A stretch of DNA of 64,000 nt, from IMG/VR virus record IMGVR_UViG_2974638963_000001, positions 32,001-96,000 of that record; one strand, 5' to 3'. The position numbers and the translations under genes are program-made. Shown one piece after another: positions 57,276 through 64,000 of the stretch (position 1 is its first letter; every line of letters starts with the position of its first letter). The DNA is from a virus (lineage: Duplodnaviria; Caudoviricetes). The notes under the pieces are model-generated. The model searched no databases. It was given only the letters and a program-made list of their open reading frames with translations, and was not told where the DNA came from.

Positions 57276-60200
57276 TTATCGTACTAGTGTTGCACCCTCT
57301 TCATTCAGTGACCATTCTACTGCATCTCTGAAAGTCTCCTTGTTTCTAGAAGCAAACTCGGCGAATGAAGCTGCGTCAATAGTGTTAATATGTACAACAG
57401 TAGTGTTACTCTCACTACCACCACTTCCAATATTATCATTAGAAGTAACACGTCCAGGTACTCCGGAAGAAGCGATCTCAACTCCATGCTCTCCGTAGAT
57501 ATATCCAACTCCTGGAAGGGTGGTACCACCCTCAGCACGCGGGATAAAGTTTTGAGCTGACCCAATACCCTTTTCTCCGCGAGTATACGCCAACTCACCA
57601 GCAGTACCATTCTGTGATACGTCGAACTTGTTTTCACGTTCTCCAAGTTTTAAGTACCCAGACTCTCCTCCTCCCACATCCATAGACGGGGAAGTAGGGG
57701 TAGACGCCTGAGCATATGCCATAGCACCAGATGCAGCAGCTGCAATCATAAGAGGAATAGACCATGGGTACGGAACTGCGTTAGCAGCTTGCATAACCGC
57801 TACTGCTGTTTGAATTAAGATCTGTTTCTTTGCAGAATCTTGTTGAATCTTAATCTTCTCAGCTTCCATCTTCTTGATCTTAGCTTTAGACTCTTCTGAC
57901 TTACCATCACGTTGCTGTTCCGCTTTGATAGCCATATCTATTGCTGACGTTTGTTGCTTAGCAGACATATTAAATACGCTACTAAGTAATTGCATACCGG
58001 CTGCTGCTGTTGAGGTTGCGTCTAAGGCACCATCCGCATATAGCATAACCGCATTCATTACGTTACCTAGGTTAGTACCAACTGCTGTTGCTTCTGAGTT
58101 GATAGCTTGCAGATTACTTAATGCTTCTGCGTACCCTTGTTGGTTATTAACGTAATCTTGTTGCTGTTTAGCGTCCTCTCCCATACCTAGAGTAGACTGA
58201 CCAGTTCCGCCTAAAAGACCTGTAGTAGCATTAGCGTACATACGTTGTCTTTCATTTTCTAGCTCAACTAACTTAGTTTCAGCAACTACGATCTCCTGCT
58301 TAAGCTCTAAGATTTTCTGTTGATCAACCGCAGTTCTAGTAGCTTCTGAAGATGCAAGTTCTGCATTCAACTTCTCATTAAAATCTGCAATATCACGTAA
58401 CAAACTATCTTTAGCAGTCTTAGTAGAATCCGTGTCAAACATAGATCTACCAAAGTTTATACTATTCTCTGCTTGCCTATTAAGTTCAGCCTTTTCCATG
58501 AATGCCATATCACGTCTAATTTGCGATTCTGTCAGGAGTGATTGGTTATACTCATTTTGCTTATCGGCTTTACCTTTGTAATGAGCCATGTTCTGCTCGT
58601 TAATACGCAGCTCTTCTTTCTTCATGGCATTCTGGTATTCATAGTCAGATAGCATATGGTTATTTACTAGTGCTATTTTACCAGATAGATCAAGAATTGT
58701 CTTCTCAGTTTTAACTTGAACAGTTTTCTCTTTAGTTAGTGCAGAGATCTGGTTGTTCATCATCTGAACTTCTAACTCATTGATACGCCTACGTGTTGCA
58801 GCAGCACTACCCTCTGATAAAAGACCAGAGTCTAACTGTTTGTTAAGTAACGCAATTTCTGACTTGGCTTCATTAGCCTGTTGTCTAGCATTAAGTGCAG
58901 CGACCTTGGTTGCTGATCCAGCTTGTCCAGATAATTTCTGAGCAAGTGCTAATCGTTCTTTAGCTAAAGCTACACTATTAGCTCCATACTCATCATATAC
59001 CTCTAATGCTTCGGTAAGAATACGCTCTTGTGCCTTAAGTCTTTGCATTTCGTTAGCAGCAAGTCCAATAGACTGGGCTATATTTTCCCATGCACCCTTA
59101 AAGGCATTGGATCCTGACTCTAAGGCGTTAATGGTATTACGAACTTGCTCTAGACCTGCGCGAGCTTTAGAAGTATCAGACAAGTTATTCATTGATTCTG
59201 AAATACTAGCCTTACCTTCCTTAGCGTAGTTACGTAATTCATCTACTGTCTTTAATGATTCCCTAAACTCTTCCTTGATAGCAACAGACTCTATCATCAT
59301 ATCGCCCATAGGGATCTTAATAGTTTGGAAAGCATTTTCCAGTGCAGTACCTTGAGACATATCACGCATAGCTGTAATAGTAGTTTGCAGCTCTTTCACA
59401 GCCCCATCATAAGAACGGACTTTCTGTTCTGCATCTTTAACAGCCTGTTCCTCAGCTTTCCATTTACCAATACTAGAATCTTGCATATTGATAAGATCGC
59501 CAAACATAGTTAGGCTAACTAAAGAGTGGGAAGTTTTAGCAAGTGCAGCATCAGTCCCGTTATCAAACTGTAGAGTCTTATTTAGGTCAGCTAAGTTCTT
59601 GATAGCTATAGCACGTTCTTTTTCTGCTTTAGAATACTCGTCCATGAGCTTACCTTCCTGCTCAAGTACAGTTTCCATAGAAGAAACAAATCCACCACTC
59701 TGAACATCTGTAACCTTTAGACCATCACGCACCAGTTTAAGGTTATCTCCGATATCACCTACTTTATCACTAATTTCTAGTAATCTGTTAAGGATATCTA
59801 TTAACGGTGTTAGCCTACTAGCCAATAACGACGCTAATTTTGAGGAGCTAGAGGAAATATTTGCGCCAAATTTATCCCAAGCAGAAGAAGCTAACGCAGC
59901 GTCCAGTTTACCTAGAGCATTATTAGATTGTTCAACAACTGCATTCAGTAATGCTTGTTGTTTCTGAACCTTGGATAAATTTTGAGAATTATAATTTAGA
60001 CCTGCACCAGCAGCGTTTAGCTGATCTGCGTACTTCTTATACGCGGAAGACAAGTCTATTGCTAGACCAGCACCACTAAGAGAAGCTGCATCAAGTTTAT
60101 AAACACCATTGATAACACGTTCAACCGCATCAGCCATAGAGGTAAATCCAGCAGCGGATGCACGTTGTGCTACTTTACCTAGTTTCTCCAGGTCAGCTGC

Positions 60201-60989
60201 TGAAGCACCTAATTGGGTAGCCTTAGTAGCTTTAGCCATAGCTTCTTCAAAACTAATTGCATTACCAGTTGCTTCTTGTAGGCTTTGAGCTAGTAGCTGA
60301 GTTGGGGTACCACTTATAGACGTCATAGCAATACCAAGCTTATTAAGAGTATTTACTTGGTCACCTGCTTGTAAGACCCTGAATGCTTGTTGAAGTGCGA
60401 ATACGTTAGCTGCAATCTGACCATACAACATAGGGATTGGTCCTGCAATACGTGCTAGTGCTGCGAAGTCACGTGTTGCCCCTCTAGCTGCTCCGGAGGT
60501 ATCACCAACTGCACGTGTGAATTTTCCTGAACGTCTAGCTGCATCATCCGCCGCTTGACCATACCCTCTGGTGTGTCTGGTAACAGTGTTCATTGAATCC
60601 CCAACGTCTTCGATAGCTCTAACAACGTTGTTCTCCATCCTATCAGCAAACTTAGTAATATTATTCATACCAACTACAAAGTTAGAGCTGAATTGTTGGA
60701 ACTCTTGAGTAAGGAAACGGATTTCGGAAGCTACTTCCTTGATGCTCCTATCCAGCATCTTAAGCCCTTTACTATTACCGACTTTATCAAAGCTTCCTGC
60801 CATAGAGTCAGCATACTGTTGAACTTTCTGCATCTCCTTTGCCATACTCTTTAAAGAGTCAGTAGTTAGTTCAGAACCAGCAGCAGCGTCTTCTAAGGCT
60901 TGAGATAGGTTTTTGATGGAGGTTGTGGTTTTCGAAACACCTTTCTGTGTTACGTCTATCTCAACTTCCCTAATCATTTTATCTGCCAT
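57276..60989 (-). CDS. pb2: tape measure protein (T5 pb2-like)
   Basis: 1237 aa helical/coiled coil, hydrophobic C-terminal segment; synteny. Confidence 0.9.
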   Translation of the reverse strand: MADKMIREVEIDVTQKGVSKTTTSIKNLSQALEDAAAGSELTTDSLKSMAKEMQKVQQYADSMAGSFDKVGNSKGLKMLDRSIKEVASEIRFLTQEFQQFSSNFVVGMNNITKFADRMENNVVRAIEDVGDSMNTVTRHTRGYGQAADDAARRSGKFTRAVGDTSGAARGATRDFAALARIAGPIPMLYGQIAANVFALQQAFRVLQAGDQVNTLNKLGIAMTSISGTPTQLLAQSLQEATGNAISFEEAMAKATKATQLGASAADLEKLGKVAQRASAAGFTSMADAVERVINGVYKLDAASLSGAGLAIDLSSAYKKYADQLNAAGAGLNYNSQNLSKVQKQQALLNAVVEQSNNALGKLDAALASSAWDKFGANISSSSSKLASLLASRLTPLIDILNRLLEISDKVGDIGDNLKLVRDGLKVTDVQSGGFVSSMETVLEQEGKLMDEYSKAEKERAIAIKNLADLNKTLQFDNGTDAALAKTSHSLVSLTMFGDLINMQDSSIGKWKAEEQAVKDAEQKVRSYDGAVKELQTTITAMRDMSQGTALENAFQTIKIPMGDMMIESVAIKEEFRESLKTVDELRNYAKEGKASISESMNNLSDTSKARAGLEQVRNTINALESGSNAFKGAWENIAQSIGLAANEMQRLKAQERILTEALEVYDEYGANSVALAKERLALAQKLSGQAGSATKVAALNARQQANEAKSEIALLNKQLDSGLLSEGSAAATRRRINELEVQMMNNQISALTKEKTVQVKTEKTILDLSGKIALVNNHMLSDYEYQNAMKKEELRINEQNMAHYKGKADKQNEYNQSLLTESQIRRDMAFMEKAELNRQAENSINFGRSMFDTDSTKTAKDSLLRDIADFNEKLNAELASSEATRTAVDQQKILELKQEIVVAETKLVELENERQRMYANATTGLLGGTGQSTLGMGEDAKQQQDYVNNQQGYAEALSNLQAINSEATAVGTNLGNVMNAVMLYADGALDATSTAAAGMQLLSSVFNMSAKQQTSAIDMAIKAEQQRDGKSEESKAKIKKMEAEKIKIQQDSAKKQILIQTAVAVMQAANAVPYPWSIPLMIAAAASGAMAYAQASTPTSPSMDVGGGESGYLKLGERENKFDVSQNGTAGELAYTRGEKGIGSAQNFIPRAEGGTTLPGVGYIYGEHGVEIASSGVPGRVTSNDNIGSGGSESNTTVVHINTIDAASFAEFASRNKETFRDAVEWSLNEEGATLVR

Positions 60990-61003
60990 TATATTTTTCC
61001 AAT

Positions 61004-61036
61004 AAAAAAGGCTCTAGGCATTTACGCCCAGAGCCA
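61004..61036 (-). terminator. intrinsic terminator-like hairpin upstream of TMP
   Basis: GGCTCT...AGAGCC followed by T6 on the minus strand. Confidence 0.6.
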
Positions 61037-61068
61037 AGCCCTCTCGTGGAACGCCCAGTGGAGGAAAT

Positions 61069-61500
61069 TTACGCACGCTTGTTGGTAACATTAGACTTGT
61101 TACCTACTTTTGTTGCTTTCTTGTACTCTGCGATAGCGGACTTCTTAGCTTCACTATCTAGAACCCTAATGAATTCTAGCATTTGTAGTTTAGCCTCTCT
61201 GTCAGATATATCAAACAGTTCGAAAGCAAGTGAAAGACCAGATAGGTCTTTACCGTTATACATAGGATACGTTCCAGGTACGAACGTATCATTTAGAATA
61301 TTAAATATTGCTACTGCTTCTTGGCACAGCGTATCTAGGCTGTGAATGTCCATTGGCATTTGTGCAGGATCTGGAGTCATTCCTAGCTGTTCGCACATTG
61401 CAAGGTATGCTTCTTTGGTCATTCTAGAACCAGAGGGGACATTCACTTGCTTAGCAAATTTCTCCAGATCAGCTATTCGTCGTCTATGATCTTTTTGTAC
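61069..61500 (-). CDS. tail assembly chaperone, frameshift extension (GT-like)
   Basis: ORF track 61069..61446; frame stays open back into the upstream gene; no obvious SD. Confidence 0.7.
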   Translation of the reverse strand, partial: VQKDHRRRIADLEKFAKQVNVPSGSRMTKEAYLAMCEQLGMTPDPAQMPMDIHSLDTLCQEAVAIFNILNDTFVPGTYPMYNGKDLSGLSLAFELFDISDREAKLQMLEFIRVLDSEAKKSAIAEYKKATKVGNKSNVTNKRA

Positions 61501-61894
61501 GAAAAGAATCGATACGGAATACAGTCTCGTTGATAAACGTTAAGAACGAACGGCTAGATTTCAATAGTTGCTCTGCGTTATCAGGAGAGTATTCAACAAT
61601 AGTATCAGGATCTTGATCCACTAAGTCAACTAACATTAGTTTTTCAACCCCCTCTACTGTCAGACCCTTCCAGCCTACTACAGCAGCAGATGCCAGTTCT
61701 TTTACAAATTTAGCATCATCTTGTTCGTAGCCTACAATCATACCGTTTTCCATCTGTGGAACTTGGCACTTCTCTAGGATTTCCTGAGAGCGAGTACGGC
61801 TAACGTGGCGAACACGAATAATAAAACCAGGGATACCCAAGTATTCAACTTCGGCTTCTTTAGTTTCTAATGCAACCTTTTTTAAATCAATCAT
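61484..61894 (-). CDS. tail assembly chaperone (G-like)
   Basis: 'VVGWKGL...YSPDNA' TAC motif; between tail tube genes and TMP. Confidence 0.85.
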   Translation of the reverse strand: MIDLKKVALETKEAEVEYLGIPGFIIRVRHVSRTRSQEILEKCQVPQMENGMIVGYEQDDAKFVKELASAAVVGWKGLTVEGVEKLMLVDLVDQDPDTIVEYSPDNAEQLLKSSRSFLTFINETVFRIDSFRTKRS

Positions 61895-61901
61895 TATTTC
61901 C

Positions 61902-62795
61902 TCACTTAAATGTTATACTTACGGGAGCTGGTGAGTTATACATTGGAATTATATCCAAGCTCATAGAGAGAGTCTCATCAGCAGTTAGGCGTTTAGTCAC
62001 CCTAGCACTAGGGATGTCCACTAATATTTTACTTGTGTAAATCTGGAGATGATAACCGTATAAAGGTTCATCTATCTTCAGGAAGTTACTTTCAGGCTTA
62101 CCATGTACTTCTCGTTTGTACATATTTATATTAGCTGAGAAATTCATTTCGTTTATTACAGCCTTTTTCGGATAACTCATTTGACCAATCTCGTAGATTG
62201 ATTTCTCCTCCCTCCATGTACACTGCTGTTGGAAAGATAGACCAGATCCCCTAATAGATGGCAGGTCAATTCCGTTCATTGTACAGAATAAAGGACTAGG
62301 AATACTAACTTCAGATTGATCCAGTGATGGATGTGGAAGTAGTTCCCTTAATTGAGTAACATTGGAGGCTATAATACCGACACTTAGTTCAGGGATACCT
62401 TTCTCTAGAGAGAAGTCAGCATTTGAAACATATGCAGGGGTTAGCTCGAAAATCGCTCCACTTTGGTATTGAATATATACTTTTAGGTAAGTAGGTTCAA
62501 GTTTGGAATTAAAAGGCAAGTATAATGTATTGCCATCTCTCTCCATCCCTAACCACTCAAAAAACATAGACTCAAGACTATTATTGGAGAAGTTTACTAT
62601 TAAAGAAAGAGTAACTGGGTTAAACCCAGTTACTATAGATACAGGATAGTTACTCTTTCCATGAACAGTCCGTCTATTTACTTTATATTCAGCCATAGTC
62701 GTGTCATAATTCATTGTTGATAGAGCAGAAAACGTATAGCGCCTCCCCTCATATTCTATGATTATTTTCGACTCTCTAAGAAAAGAGTAACTCAT
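61902..62795 (-). CDS. baseplate tube protein (T5 p140-like)
   Basis: N-terminus 'YSFLRESK' paralogous to the TTP; synteny. Confidence 0.8.
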   Translation of the reverse strand: MSYSFLRESKIIIEYEGRRYTFSALSTMNYDTTMAEYKVNRRTVHGKSNYPVSIVTGFNPVTLSLIVNFSNNSLESMFFEWLGMERDGNTLYLPFNSKLEPTYLKVYIQYQSGAIFELTPAYVSNADFSLEKGIPELSVGIIASNVTQLRELLPHPSLDQSEVSIPSPLFCTMNGIDLPSIRGSGLSFQQQCTWREEKSIYEIGQMSYPKKAVINEMNFSANINMYKREVHGKPESNFLKIDEPLYGYHLQIYTSKILVDIPSARVTKRLTADETLSMSLDIIPMYNSPAPVSITFK

Positions 62796-62798
62796 TTA

Positions 62799-63944
62799 TT
62801 AGCCTCCAGTCCCTGGGTCAGCAGGATTTGCATCTCCCTTCTCAATAAACGTTTTAACTAACGCCTTAGTGAAGATTGGGGAGAACCCAAAGAATGCTTG
62901 GTCACCAGAATCTAGCTCCGTAGGCTGAGCACTAAATTCAATCTGCGTACTTAATACATCATCAACTTCTAGTGATGGGGTGGATAGAATTGCATTAGGA
63001 GCAACTAGAACAGCCGCTGGACGAGCATCATCATATTCACCACCAAGTACAAATGAAACACTGTAGCTATTTACTGTACTTAAGTTAGTAAGTAGGTCTT
63101 TATAGATCTCAGCAGTACCCAACGGGTTGGTGTTTAAGTATGCAGTTAAGTTACCTGTGATAGTGATACCACCAGTAAATGAACTGATTGGGCGGTCAAC
63201 ACGACTTAACGTATTTGGAGTTAAGTAGGTGATGTTGTTATTAATAGAGAATGACGCACCGGTAATAGGAACGTTATACTCTTTCTTAGCGCCTAGATTG
63301 TCTTTAACATGAAGAATAGTCAACTTGTTAACTAGGTAGGACTGCTGCAGCTGTACGAATAATTCGTCACTAACTTCAACTGTCTTGATATCGAAAGGCT
63401 CTTTATCTAATGGAATTAGTTCAGTACCATTACCAGACCATGTTACCATTGCTATGTTGTCGATATCAATATTAATTTCAGCTTGGTTTACTTGAACTTT
63501 CTTAACCTGATACCAAACTTCACCTGTACGGATATATATGTTTAGTCCAGCTAGTTCGTGGTAGGCAGATGCCTTGAAGTCAACCATAGCATTTGTTTCG
63601 TTTGTGTGGAACCCGTCCTCTCCAGCAAGATCCATGGGTTTACCACTTGTCAGTGCATGCCATAACATATAGTCCGGCAACATTACTTGCTTACTAGTGC
63701 TATCTATGTAAGGAAGAATGTATGTTGAGAAGCTCCAGTTTGCAGGGTTTAAAGAGTCATTATAACGCTTACTACCACGAGTAGGTATCGGTCCTGCCTC
63801 ATTTACTGTGATGTCTGTAGAGTTCCCGTCTACACCGAAACTAAGGTCGTCTTGAATCAAGATTTCCATAGTATTAGATTTATTGAAACCCTTGTCTACC
63901 GTTGAGACGAATAGTCGGGATTCCCTTAGTAATTGAATAGCCAT
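62799..63944 (-). CDS. pb6: major tail tube protein (T5 pb6-like, no C-terminal Ig domain)
   Basis: 'MAIQLLRESRLFVST', 'PTRGSKRYNDSLNPANWSFSTY'. Confidence 0.9.
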   Translation of the reverse strand: MAIQLLRESRLFVSTVDKGFNKSNTMEILIQDDLSFGVDGNSTDITVNEAGPIPTRGSKRYNDSLNPANWSFSTYILPYIDSTSKQVMLPDYMLWHALTSGKPMDLAGEDGFHTNETNAMVDFKASAYHELAGLNIYIRTGEVWYQVKKVQVNQAEINIDIDNIAMVTWSGNGTELIPLDKEPFDIKTVEVSDELFVQLQQSYLVNKLTILHVKDNLGAKKEYNVPITGASFSINNNITYLTPNTLSRVDRPISSFTGGITITGNLTAYLNTNPLGTAEIYKDLLTNLSTVNSYSVSFVLGGEYDDARPAAVLVAPNAILSTPSLEVDDVLSTQIEFSAQPTELDSGDQAFFGFSPIFTKALVKTFIEKGDANPADPGTGG

Positions 63945-64000
63945 TTATAGTTTTCTCCTTTAAAATGCACTATAATAGTCGTGTGTCCGTTAGGTATCTC

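Overview
This window is a 64-kb internal segment of a T5-like lytic siphovirus (Demerecviridae). The tail-fibre C-terminus suggests an Enterobacterales host such as Proteus or Providencia, but that is inference. Left arm (minus strand, 1-21 kb): 19 tRNA genes interleaved with small ORFs and strong sigma70-type early promoters, followed by nucleotide-metabolism genes (RNase H, thyA, DHFR, nrdAB, phoH). Centre (plus strand, 21-48 kb): nrdD, the origin-binding primase-helicase, D2/D3/D5, a split NAD-ligase, helicase, primase, DNA polymerase, D10-D15 and dUTPase. The polymerase gene is interrupted by a 1111-nt group I intron that carries a LAGLIDADG endonuclease. Right arm (minus strand, 48-64 kb): the tail module (ltf, p132, pb4, pb3, pb9, pb2, chaperones, p140, pb6). 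The most unusual signal is a set of large structured non-coding RNA candidates: ~670 nt at 10.2-10.9 kb, ~310 nt at 6.4-6.7 kb, a ~160-nt CCA-ended RNA at 0.77-0.92 kb, a 190-nt tRNA-mimic at 3.3-3.5 kb, and a ~550-nt ornate leader upstream of the origin-binding protein gene. The 10.6-kb and 6.6-kb elements share a GCGAAGATAC plus T-arm module, and the 0.9-kb element carries a variant of that motif. Other observations: four ORFs use tRNA positions 8-10 as their stop codon, the tail chaperone has a probable +1 frameshift, and two sites match the T5 nick consensus. All structures were read by eye. No folding programs or database searches were run.
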